From: Marsupella aquatica
Taxonomy: Eukaryota > Plantae > Marchantiophyta
Assembly: GCA_973895155.1 (NCBI GenBank)
Contig: OZ316891.1
Location: 5,799,708-5,863,707 of the forward strand
Direction of reading: 5' to 3'
Length of the DNA stretch: 64,000 nucleotides
Below, piece after piece: positions 1-12,084 of the stretch. Made by a program: the position numbers and the translations under genes. The first letter of the stretch is position 1. Every line of letters starts with the position of its first letter. A model generated the notes under the pieces. The model made no database searches. It was not told the DNA's origin and worked only from the letters and a program-made list of their open reading frames with translations.

Positions 1-2
1 TT

Positions 3-1107
3 GGAGATGATGTGCATGGTAGTTTTGTTAAAAACTATGAGAGACTTAGCAAGAAATATCGAATAGGCATGGATCGTTACATACCAAGCATAGCACTTCA
101 GGCCCGCTGTGATTAACTATGACTTCGATGTATTTGAAATGCTCAAGATGTTGATTCATCGCCTTCCAATAGGTGCCATATTTCTTTTTTACCAATGCAT
201 CAATCATGCAAGAATGCATGCTTGGTATTCAACTTTGAGACTTAGTGAGAAAACATTGGGTTCATATCTTGAGGTTTTGCACCAAGAGGCAGGACTAGGC
301 ACAACCGGTGTATCCAACAAGACAGGGTGCACAACTTGCATCTTGCGGATGGGTGCTGAGTGTGTCCTTCCGATACTCGGGATGAAGATTTCTGGTCACA
401 ATATGATCGTAGATGTGCCACTGATGGCACTCCTTACTCTTCGAGAGTGATTATGGAGACAGCAAAGGGGAAGTGGGTGCTCATTGATGGAGGTACAGGT
501 GAGGAAGAGACTGTCCCTATTGTTTTTGTTGAGGTGATACAGGCCAGGTCAAGACTGTCCCTGCTGTTCCTATGGATGAACCACAACTGAAGAAAGCAAA
601 GGATAGAGCATCAGTATAAGGAACTGAACTTTCATTCTTTGTGGAAGTTCTTGGGTTAGATTGTGGATCCATCTATGAGGATGATAAATTTATTTTTGTG
701 TTTTGTGCAGTGTCCTAATGTGTAGAATCAAGTTTGCAGACTGGGCTGAACTCAGAAGTCCTAGTTGAGGCTGCTCAGTGTGAAGCAGCTGTTACAGCTG
801 TGAGCTCGAGCCGGAGGCTGTGGTGCCTTTTCCCTGATTGCACCAAGCTGTGATGAGCCAATCCACTTCAGTCGACAACCACAATTTAATGCTTTTTGAC
901 TGTTTTCTTGAGTCCATGGGCTGGGACAGGTTGAGTGTTGAGCCAAGGTGGCGAGGGATTGCTCCCCGTAAGGTGACTGTTGTTAACCCTGTGGTGAATA
1001 CTTTTTTTGATAAAATTAAAGCACTAACCAATTGCACCATGAAAGGTTGCACGTTCAACCTTAATTTTGACCCACATGGAGGAGGAGCAACATTATTCTA
1101 CGCTTAG
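3..1107 (+). pseudogene. 3' part of a decayed multi-exon coding sequence of unknown family, probably TE-derived
   Basis: Protein-like frames (GDDVHGSFVKNYERLSKKYRIGMDRY..., ...EDFWSQYDRRCATDG..., ...LFDCFLESMGWDRL...ALTNCTMKGCTFNLNF) are broken mostly by TGA/TAA codons that revert to CGA/CAA. Candidate acceptor ttttgtgcag ends at 710. Confidence 0.35.
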
Positions 1108-1256
1108 CTATCTAGTAGATTATAGCAGACTGCTCAGATTATAGCAACTAGTGGAAACTAGTATGGGTGTCCAGAATTGCCTGGAGGTGTTCCATCTTCT
1201 TTAGCTTTCTGAGCCATTGAACTCTAATTTTTGTTTACACATCACTAAAGTTCTAT

Positions 1257-1388
1257 CCCCCACCATGGGATTTCATTATCAAAGTTCTTGAATTTTTGAA
1301 CCCCCACCATGGGATTTCATTATCAAAGTTCTTGCATTTTTGAACCCCCACCATGGGATTTCATTATCAAAGTTCTTGAGTTTTTGAA
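1257..1388. repeat. 44-bp tandem repeat x3
   Basis: cccccaccatgggatttcattatcaaagttcttgaatttttgaa occurs three times with 1-2 substitutions. Confidence 0.9.
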
Positions 1389-1625
1389 TTTGCCAGCTGT
1401 ATCCACAAATTAACTGGTGTCCAAATACCCTTAGCTAGTCATGAAAGTAGTCCCTGGGATTGCACTTAGACAGGGACGACTCTGTGTTTCTTCCGCAGAG
1501 AACAGCAGAGTGTGTGCGGACAATTTTGGCCATCCTTGGCTCAGGGAGAGCCACTTCGCGTTCAATGGCGACGAATGTGTCCGCAACGTGACACAGCAAT
1601 TGGCAACTGCATTGTGGGTCGATTG

Positions 1626-2105
1626 ATTTGTGCACGACCTTGGTTGAGCTCTAAGATCCGCTTGCCTCTTCAGGTCTGGGTGTAACAAAGTTCTTGAGCA
1701 ATAGAGATTGGCTTCGTTCTCTTCGGGTTGATCGTAGTGCTGCTCTTGAACGTTTTGAGTCGCGTCACAGTGCTCTTGCATTCTCTTCGCTTTTTGGTAT
1801 CCGTGACTTTCTGGTAAACTTACCTCATCTTTTGACTACTTCTGTGGCACAGGCAGATGGCAAACATTGACGACATTCATGATTCGTGCACGACCTTGAT
1901 TGAGCTCTAAGATCCGTTCTGGGTACGACAAATTTCTTGAGCTGTAGACATTTGCTTCATTCTCTTGTGAATGATTGTAGTGCCGCAACGTTTTGAGTCA
2001 CGTCAGAGTCCTCCTCTTGGTTTCCATAACCTCTGGTAAAACTACCACATCTTCGGGTTTCTTCGGTGGCAAAGGCAGATGGCAAACATTGAAGACGTTG
2101 ATCGA
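1626..2105. repeat. Imperfect ~255-bp tandem duplication
   Basis: gtgcacgaccttg(g/a)ttgagctctaagatccg at ~1630 and ~1886; ggcagatggcaaacattga at ~1852 and ~2074. Confidence 0.75.
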
Positions 2106-2589
2106 TAAGGTACAGTGTGACTCCAGGATTGAACTGCTGTGGTGCCTTGCATTGTACAACTCTAGAAGACTCTCTCTCGTGGCAGACACGATCTTTGCGG
2201 TTCTGAGGCATCCCGCGCCGCATCTCAGAGCTCATTTTATTTGGAGGAGACGGAGTCACTTGAGTTACGCTGATTGCAGGACCCATCTTTACAGTTCTAG
2301 ACCCCCGAAAAACGAAGCAGGCCCCTTCGCAGAGCTCAATTGGCAGAACGGATGGAGTAATTATTGGAGCCACAAAGCACATTTTACTTTTGATAGGTGC
2401 ATCATTGCAGTCTGGACATCTTGTACCTCAGCAGCTCCGATTCCCATTCTGTTTTTCTACTTGAACAGCAGATTTATAAAACTATAGAAGCACTCGATTC
2501 ACATTCTATTCTTTGCTTCAGCAGTTTGTTTATACAAAAGATAGCAATACTCGATTCCCTTTCTCTCGACTCGATTGTCTAGAGAGCAG

Positions 2590-3138
2590 ATGGAAGTCGA
2601 TGGCGGGGCGAGCCATCTGGTCCCCGGACTGGCAATGCCGGACATCGATTTGCCGAGTACTCAGGCCGGCAAATCCGTTTCGCTGGCGCGGGCGCCCGGA
2701 CTCAATGTATGCTTCTTCTATCCGTGGACGGGACGGCCTGGGGTGCCGAATCCGCCCAACTGGGACGACATCCCCGGCGCTCACGGCTCCACGCCGGAGG
2801 CGGAAGGGTTTCGTGCTCTCCATGCAAATTTTCAGAGCGTGGGAGCCAACGTCTTTGGTATCAGTACGCTAGAGACGTCCTTTCAGCGAGAGTTTGTGGA
2901 GCGGATGGGGCTGACGTTCGCGCTGCTGAGTGATGAAAACCGCGAACTCGAGCGAGCTTTGAACTTACCGACCTTCGAAACCGGCGGCGTGACGTACCTG
3001 AAGCGCTTGACGTTGCTGGTACGAGACGGTGTCTTGATCTCTGCAATTTATCCCGTCATGGACCCGGCTGGTCACGCAGGAGACATTCTCAGGGCGGTGG
3101 GGCATGTACACGAAGGGTGTATCACTTTGCCATCCTGA
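2590..3138 (+). CDS. Bacterial-type peroxiredoxin-like protein (AhpC/TSA-redoxin, BCP-related), peroxidatic Cys replaced by Ser
   Basis: Intact, intronless, GC-rich 182-aa ORF with DGGASHL, FFYPWTGRPG..P.NWDDIPGAHGSTPEAEGFR, VFGIST, FQREFVERM.L.F.LLSD and LPTFETGGVTYLKRLTL..DG...YPV. These match my recollection of bacterial redoxin proteins with WDxIPGARGCTPQ. Confidence 0.85.
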   Translation: MEVDGGASHLVPGLAMPDIDLPSTQAGKSVSLARAPGLNVCFFYPWTGRPGVPNPPNWDDIPGAHGSTPEAEGFRALHANFQSVGANVFGISTLETSFQREFVERMGLTFALLSDENRELERALNLPTFETGGVTYLKRLTLLVRDGVLISAIYPVMDPAGHAGDILRAVGHVHEGCITLPS

Positions 3139-4956
3139 TAAAAGGTCCGAACAACCTAAGCGCACGGGGAATCTCGCTTGGCCAGTCTTGCTTTGATTAT
3201 AAAAATCCTCTGCATTTGACAACTCCTGTTTCAGCCCTGAATTCGAGAATTGAGTCGCTTGTGCGATGACGTGCCTCAGCTCCTATACTCTCTGGACCGG
3301 ACCGTGACGGTCTCCTTTGACAGATTTTGAGACGTTTTATATCTCTTACACCAATCGACGAGATTTTTCCATAGTTCTTTTGCGCATTGGTGTATGTTCT
3401 ACTTCAGCTGGAAAGCTAGAATTTCATTTTGCTTGTCACATCCCCAAGGTGACTAAAGGTAATGTGCCTCCCTCCTTTGCGAGGAGATGGAGGTGCGACG
3501 AGGATGTCATGATTAACAACTGTTGATCATCTTGGCATTCTCCGTGCGTCCCTGTCGTTATGAGAGTGATGCATCGTGTTCCTGCACCCACTGTATTCGT
3601 GCACTGGGTAAGTCGAAAGACTCAATGCCCTAGCTCGCGCGTCTGCCGGACAGGAAAGAAACCTTTAAGCCGTGCATCACGGAGAGAAGGGAAACCTCGA
3701 AGCTCGTCAGGGATGTCAGACGGAGCTTCGATGCTGGACACTCTTACCATTGCTGTAAGGTAATGAATTCTAGAGCCCAATCGGAAAACAACATGCACGA
3801 TCAAATGCAGAGCGCAAAGCACAATCGATTGGGCTTAAATTTTGAACCGACCTTAATATGAGCTTTCAGAGTCTACAGGAAAGCAATCTATTTGGGAGAG
3901 CAGCCCCCAGAGCAGCAGACCACAAGTAAGGAGCCTACCAAGGTGGTGGGCATGGGTGATCAAACCACCTCGCCAATGCTTTCACAAACCGAAGTGTGAA
4001 GAGTAACCAAGCTATGGGGAACCACTAAGAGTAAAGAGCAGCCTGGCAGAAAGGTAGGGGGTACCGAGGTGGTGGATAAGGGTGATGGAATCGTCTAGGC
4101 TCCGTATATCAATTGGCTGATCGAAGACATTGATGTAGAGCCCGAACGGAAGATGTAGTAGCAGCACGTAATGTTTTTTCTTGGAGGAAGTCATCATGTT
4201 TTCATCCTATTCGAGTTATCTAGTTGCCTACATAGAGTACTCAATTGATTAACTTTCATTCAGTAGGTCCTGCTAGTCGTTTTTTTTTAGTTTACTCATG
4301 AGAGATGGCTTGTGCCGTTAGCTTTTGTGTTTTCGTAACTTGTGAAATATAATCTACAAGTCTATTGCAACTCCAGACATTTATTTAGTCAGTCTTTCAG
4401 AATGCCCCTTAAGCCTACATCTAGTTTGGAACTATCCACACAAAGTGGGCAGTTATTGTGAGTCCAAAATAAATATGTTCTGGCTTCTTGAGGACTAGTC
4501 TAACGTACTCTAATGGAGAAACATCGAAATGAGACGTGAATTTTGACCTAGCCCAGTGGTCAACCTCTTGTAAACGTGGGTGACAGAATGCCCCGCGAAA
4601 GCAATGAAATCACACCAGCAACAAAAACCATCCGTGAGAGGGAAAGTACGAAACATTTTGACTGAGGATCTTTCGAAGAGTGACTTGTCAGTTCTGTTCC
4701 GGTCTCTCTCATACTATGTGGCGAATAATTTGCTTGAGCCTTTCCAGCCCATTGATCACTTACCAGTCATGCCAATCCTGATGCAGATGCTCTAGTTGAG
4801 CAATACACTGAGACTTCCGTAAACACTATCGTGGTCCCAAGTAGGAGGTAAAGTCGGTGCTAAATCCCCACTTCATTCTCGATTCCGTCTCTATTCATAA
4901 AACTCTGGCATTGTAGTGTTGTAAGTCAAACCAATTTTATGGGGTTACCCGGTTGA

Positions 4957-5963
4957 TCAAAGCAAAACAGCACACATGATGGGAAAGGGGTAAGTAAAAG
5001 CCGAGCAGACAAGTCCCAAAAAAGCTCCTGGCTCTCGGAACGGAACCCTTTCGTGTGAAGGAGACACCATAAGTTCATGTTTTCCTGACTGACTGACTGA
5101 CTGAACGCCGAAGTAATTGCCAGCTCCACGGATATCCCACTCTCTGAAATAACGATGAATGCCTCGCGCCTGCTCCGCTTGCAGCAGCTTTCCATACCGA
5201 CCGGTAAGAAACCCCTCCCACGCGTCCTTCTCTAATGCTGTCCACTGATCCTTAGAAGGGTCATAAATCTCTAGAGCCGAGAAGCTTTTAATGTAATCTG
5301 CATCGTGCCTGCAATGGCATGCACCTTCGGTACACTCAAGACGCCATCGAGAATGATCCACTGAGTCAGGTGACTTCAACCACTTTCAGAAAAATGCTTC
5401 CCACCATACACCAAAAGCTTGTCTCCCACTACTGCTACTCGATGATGAAATAGTAATGAAGGCATGGTCTTTATCGGCGACCATGCATTAACCTTCGGGT
5501 CATACACCTCAGATCCTAAATCTGGCAGGGCATGTGAAGTACCACCAAGGGCTCTATCTCTGCAGCACCAAAACTCATCCTTGGTTCCAGCATATGAGGG
5601 CACCGTTGCCCCTGCTTTGAGTTTTCAGCGAGAATACTCTCTTACTTACAACATGAAGCTTTTGCCGTGAGGCTCCTCCCATGACATACAGACTACCATC
5701 CAATGATACACACTCGCATTCCCTCGGGATACCTCTTCCAAAACGATAAATTGGAGGAACATCGTAATAAATTCTGTCTCTATTGGAGTAGATGCAAATC
5801 ATATCGTGTTTCCTTTTACCACACCTAGAGCATCCCAATGGAGTATTCTTCTTGCATCTCGACTATAAAACCCATCGATGACAACAAATCTATTTCTGAG
5901 TGAGATCGAACTAGTAATTAGCCGGACCACGACGTCATTCGGGATGTCAAGACTTCCTCCCAT
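4957..5963 (-). pseudogene. F-box/Kelch-repeat protein pseudogene
   Basis: N-terminus MGGSLDIPNDVVVRLI is F-box-like. Kelch motifs CVSLDGSLYVMGG, EVYDPKVNAWSPIKTMP, VAVVGDKLLVYGG and EIYDPSKDQW are spread over several frames with stops and frameshifts. Confidence 0.75.
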
Positions 5964-6689
5964 AGTTCCTCTGATCTTGCCAATGTCGTCACGGTCTTCG
6001 TGTCTGCAAGCACATTCAATCTATTTATCTGCATGGTTTTCGATCCTGTGGTTGCCTGCCTAAATCACAAAACTGGTAAACCCTCTGAAAAAAATCACGA
6101 GGTCCTGGCAGGCTGCAATGCAAAACTGGAGATTCAAAAAACCATTTACGGAACATCTCCTAATCGTCACTGCTAAGAAAGAATGGACGTGCTGTTGATG
6201 AGAGGCAACCAACAGGACATCTCCTAACATCTTGATGAGTAACTTCCGAGGGAAAGCTTGGTGAATGAGTCGAGTGTTTGGTGACGGTTAACATATGTAG
6301 GTGAAGAAAAACCAGGTTTCAGGCACATGTACTGGAAGTAAAGTCTACGAAACCCAAGAACAAGAGGCACATCAGATGGCATCATTCGCTTCGAGAGCAA
6401 ACGAATGAAGGCCACTTGGAAGTCGAGAGAAAACCTTCCAGGTTCAGGGTACTTGTACTGTAAGTAAAGTCTACCATCAGATGGCAACACATTATACGGG
6501 AGCAAACGCATGAACGCCGCTTGGAAGTCCAGAGAAAACCAATCCAGGAAAAACCAATCAACTCACTGGACTCCCAATACAGTACTGACGGAGAAGTACT
6601 CCCTTCAGAACCGAGTGTGATTGAATTGAACAAGGCATTTCTGCACAGAGCCACAGTGTTTAACTACACTTGCTCAATACCCATGCGTT

Positions 6690-7790
6690 ACACAAAAAAA
6701 TGTCGTGAAAAAAAGCTGTTGTGTTCTCCAAGATGTGGTTGAATTTATTTTTTGTCATTTCACCCAAGATGCCGTCAAGAAAAATTTTCCCTGTTGCCCA
6801 AGCTATCCTTAAGGAAAAAGTTGTTGTGTTGTCCAAAATATTCTTAAGAAAAGGTGTCGTGTTGCCCAAGATGTCATTACGAAAAAAAAGGTTATGTCGT
6901 TAAGAAAAAAATTGTCATGGCACCAAGATGTCGTTAAGAAAGAAGATGTCCTTAGGAAAAAAAAGTGTTGTGGCACCCAAGATGTAGTTAAGAGCAAATA
7001 TATTTAGTTGCCCAAGATGTTGTTATATGAAAGATGTCATGAAATGAAAAAATGTCATTAAGAAAAAAGAAGTCATTTCACCAAAGATGTTGTATTGCCC
7101 AAGATGTCGTCAAGTAAAAATTGGCGTCTGGTGAATAGATGTCATGGCACCAATGATGCTGTTATGCCAAAGGTGCCATTAAATATAAACATGTTGTTAA
7201 GTACAAAATGGTCAATAAATAAAGTATGTCATTAGTCAAAGATGTTGTGAAGTAAAAGTTTTTGTTGTACATCTTGGGTCCAATATCTGTGCGATGCACA
7301 AAAGATGTTGAGGGGAGAAAATATGTCAAGGTGAGGAAAAGATGTCGAGTTTAAAGTAGATGTCGATGAGAGAAAAAACTTTTGAGATGAGGAAATGAAG
7401 TGAAGTTGAGAAAATATGCCAAGGAGAGAAAAGAGGGAAAGGTGAAAAAAAGATGTCAAGATGAGGAAAAACAATTGAGGAGAGAAAAGATGTCAAGAGT
7501 GAGGTAAGGATGTTGTGGTGGGATAAAGATGTCAAGGTGAGAAAAAGATAAGATGTCGAGGTGAGAAAAACTCTCAAATTGAGGAATATATGTCAAGGTG
7601 AGAAATGATCTCAAAGAGAGAAAAGATGTTGAGGGTGAGAAAACAATGCCATGGTGGGACAAAGATGTCAATGTGAGAAACGATGGCGAGATGAGAAAAA
7701 GATGGCAAGGCAAGGAAAGATGTCGATGACATATAAACATGTAAATATAGAAAATTGTCAAGGCAAGAAAAGAGATCAAGTTGAGGCAAA
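6690..7790. repeat. Degenerate minisatellite built on AAGATGTC/CCAAGATGT and AAGATGTCAAGGTGAGAAAA units
   Basis: Dozens of diverged aagatgtc cores separated by A-rich spacers. The overlapping ORFs are low-complexity artefacts. Confidence 0.75.
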
Positions 7791-8849
7791 AATTATAAGC
7801 TTTGCAATTAGTTATTGAGACATGTTATTTGTGATCCCGACCATACACTTTTGTGGTCGTGTTCAATAACTCGTGCATTGCACATAGAAATTGGAAATGC
7901 AAGATAACTACCACTGCATCATAGAGACAAGATTTTTTTGAAATTTGAAATCTTTAGAGAGAATAAGATTTTATATTTTATTTATATTCAAACTTTTCAA
8001 ATTTTCTTCCAAATTTTCCAATTTGATTATTTGTTAATTAAGTTTTTTTTTATCTTGGGTTGTTGTGGGCAAACTAAAGGGCAGCTTGGGCAGACATTCA
8101 TTTTAGATGGTGTGTATGGATAGATCCTATGGTGGTAAAAAACAATGTTTTCATGCCTTTTTATTAATTTGTAAAGGGACAATCCACGATAGGTATTATA
8201 GTGGTAAAGAACGGTAGAGGGAGTAACAATTGATATGCATGGATGAGGTCTTGATTCTTGTGCAACATTTGCCAGCTCCCTTTTCTTGCTTAGGTGTCAC
8301 TCTTTACGGGTCCAGTTAGAGACTTCTGTAAATCTGAAATTTTTTTTCTTCACGTTAAATGTAATTATTTTTTGGTTTATTTCTTCTCTTTGCCAGTTCT
8401 TTATTTTGTGGGCCTGCAAATTCAAAATGACACCAGGACCAAAAAAGGTGTAACATGTTAAATGTGTTTGTCCTTTTATATATGTATCCCTGAACCCTCT
8501 CATGCCAGCCAAAAAGTTTGGCCGTCAACCCTTGTTATCTCATCCAAATAGACATTGAATTTTTATAAGTATATTTATTTTCAAAAAATGATTTCATATG
8601 AGTGCCAACGGAAATGGGTGTGAGTCTACACTCTCCATGTATTTTATGCACATGAGTAGTACATTGGTGCAGGGTTCAATACAACAAAGACAATGGCCAG
8701 GGAGAGATAGGATAAAGAGTGTACTTGAAAGTACAATGAGTACATCAAAAGCAAGTATTGTACTTGCTAAAGTGATGAGTAATATCAAGAATTATTCTTC
8801 TCTGGCTCTTCATTTTTGTGGTGCCATTATTTTTACTAGCTAGATTACC

Positions 8850-9600
8850 CTTTCCTTGGACATAAATAGATATGAAGAAAAATAGTCTTGCTTAATATTT
8901 TTTATGTTGTTTCAGTTAATCTTTGCCCATCTTGGTTATTTGTCTACCCTCGTTTCAGTTTTGTTTTTATTTGGAATCAATATCATTCATTTTTGTCCAT
9001 CCTCAAAAAGTAAATATACACACTTTTTATATACAAAGGGACCAAACAGAGTACAAATGAACAAACAAAAGAGGGCCCAAGTGGACAAAACCAATCGAAA
9101 AAGAAGTGAGCAAAAGGGAACCACTAAACACCAAGAAAGTGGAACTAAAAGTAAGAAATGAACAATAGGGAACCCCTAAAAACCAAGAAAGAGAGAGAAA
9201 CTAAAACTAACCCAAGCGGACCGAGGTCCTCATCATTCCTACCGATTGTGGCAAAAAGTTTTTTATTGAGACTCATGATCACTTTTGTTTGAGTGCATTA
9301 AGGGTTAGGGTCTAGAGGTTTCACTCTAGACCCTACCCTAGGCCCCTAAGAGTAGACTTCATTCATGTTTTTATAATAAAATGTTATTTCAGTTAATCTT
9401 TGCCCCATCCTTGTTTTTTTATCTACCCTTGTTTTAGCTTTGTTCTTATTTGGAATCAATATCATTTTTGTCTATCCTCATTTAAAGTTTTTTATTGAGA
9501 TTGATTACCACTTTTGTCTGTATTAAGTATTATGTCTAGATGCTTCACTCTAGACCCTAGGCCCTTAAGAGTACTAGACTTATTTCATGCGTTTATAATA
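8850..9600. repeat. Dispersed repeat family copy with internal duplication
   Basis: ttcagttaatctttgccc...ttggaatcaatatcatt at ~8911 and ~9387; tctaga.g.ttcactctagaccct...aggccc.taagagta at ~9312 and ~9535. Inverted copies lie at ~45010 and ~46510-46760. Confidence 0.65.
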
Positions 9601-12084
9601 AGATTTATCCTCTTAGCTTTGCTTTGCATATTTGAGTTAATTCACTTGGCACGAAAAAGGTAAAATTTGAATGGTGATCACTTCAGAAAATGGTGCAACC
9701 CTTAATTATAGGAGTTAATACTTCGTAGGAGATCAAAGCCTTTTGTTTGCTCATCAAATTCTTACTTCATGTTGACTTTCTTCCTCCCTTCTAAGCAGTT
9801 TGCCCATTTGCCCAGCTTTAGTCAGTCCGGAGTGGAATATTTTCTACAAGGGAAATATTTGGATTGGATTGGATTTGGACCCGACTGGACTGGGCTGATG
9901 AGGACTTGTTCACAAGCTTGAATATAATCTGGGAATGGCATGGACTGAGCCGTTTCCTGCCCATCCCAAGTTATTTTATGATGCAAGCAAACAGAAATTT
10001 TGATAAGTTATTTTATGATGTGAGCAAACAAGAATTTTGATAGTGAGGAGAGTGTTGTCCTGCCCATTGATCCCAAGGTATTCAATGATGCAATCAAACT
10101 GGAACTTTTATTGCGAGGAGAGTGTTGTTAGTGAGTCAATAGTGGTTTTTATTAGTGGCCTTTTCATTTTTGCTGCCTTTTATATTTTAGTGTATTTGAA
10201 GGACTCCAGATGGCTAACAAGTTAGCTAGCCAAAAGAGTAGTCCCCAAAATGGATGTTACCAACCAAGTTTTGGCTAACTAGAGACTAATTTTGCTAGTG
10301 AAGTGGGTTTTTTACTTACTCAGAACAATAAAATGTTACTTTTTGCTCAAATGCTACAATTACCTGCCTGACCCCTGGACTTCATGAAGTCATCGTATAG
10401 TTTTATAGAATTACATGGGCAAGAAAAAGTGATAGCTGATTTTGGATTGAGGTCTAGAGTAATTTGTCAGGCACCCTGACTATTGCTGGGTTTTGGAAAG
10501 CTTGTGTTTTATTTGAACACCAATTGGATCTAAGTTTAATTTCAGATTTGTTAATATGCGCTCTTATGTCCAATCTATACCTGAAAAAGTGTAAGAGTTT
10601 TCTGAGGTCATTTGATTCATTTCCAACACATGCATGAATAGTCAAATATTATAAACCAACTGCCAAAAGACACTTAGTTGACTTTTGTGAAGGATGCTCT
10701 AATTAGTTTGGGTATGAGTGGTGACTTACCACCAGATAAACTGACTGAAACCAGCTGCGAATGGTCTGGAGCAGGTCACATTTCAGTTGAAATTGTAAAA
10801 GGTGTTACTAGAGTAGTTTTAGACATTTTGTGCCAGTCCATCCAAGCTTTGGAAATACATCTGGGCTTCACAACACCGGTGTCCATCCAGGCTTCATATT
10901 CCTCATAACTGATGCGTAACATTTTTTTTAATATTTAGGTTAAGCTTGTGAATAAGACATATTCCATAAAGTGAAGAGATAGTTGGCAATTTCTCTGGTT
11001 AGAAAATTTGAAGATTTAGATTATGCTTGTCAATGCAAGGGGAATCTGGGTACCTGGAGACAGCCTTGTGTGTATGTACAGATTTTCAGGTTAGTTCTTT
11101 GAAATCTACCCTTCATGACTTACTCCGTAGGGTGAAGCCAAATGCCCTAATTTCCCCACTATTAGTCCATTCTATACTTCACAATTGATGTATCTTGATA
11201 TTTAGACTATACTAGTGAGTAGGATCTATTGCACATAGTGAAGCCATAGGCCACAGTTTCATTGGTAACCCAAAACTTTGAGATTTAGACTATGCTTGTG
11301 AATAGTGATAGGTATGGGGAGTCTGGACACAAGGAGCCCTTCCTGTGCATACACAGGGGTACTGGGGCTAGATTCTAAATCAACCATTTTTTCCAGTTAT
11401 TTTGGAGAGTAGGGAGGGCTTAAATACACTTTTTGTCCATCCATGTCCAAATTGGTTTAAGTGAAGAGTCATGACTTGACTATCTGTTCCCTTCACTACT
11501 TTTCGACTTCCACATTTCATTGTTTTGCTGCCACAATATGGAGTAATGTACTTTTTGGATGTTAACGAGCAATTCATTAGAGTGGAGTTCTCTGTAGCGC
11601 GGAACCTCCAATGCTTTGGAAAATGCTGTCAATTTTTCACCATTATCCATCCCCATCATTATCATTCATCCAACCATAACATTCACATAACAACCATCCA
11701 CACCCATCCACACCCATCCACACCCATCCACAACCAAGGCCGTTGTTTCACAGCCACTACTAAAATACAATTTGATCTATAACTTAAAAGAATGTTAAGG
11801 ATAAGACTGTGTCTAGCTAGATTCTAGAAAAATGCTCATTCATACTAGAAGATGAGGTCATGTACACGTGGTTCCGCTTAAGCCCTAAAAAGTTTATTCA
11901 TCTCACTTTATCATAAGCTATGCTTTATCTTAGGGTAAAATTCTTAGCATTCACTTATCGTGGAACATCTGCAATGGAGTGACCTGCTTGTTCACGGTAA
12001 GGACAACACAATAATTTTCTCCCTTGTTGTCGAGACTCCATTGGGCAGCTGCCAAGGTGGTTATGTCTACTGTTCATGAGGGCC

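Noticed and set aside
6660-7789. Several F/L/S-rich ORFs suggesting membrane proteins
   Set aside because: Products of an A-rich degenerate minisatellite.
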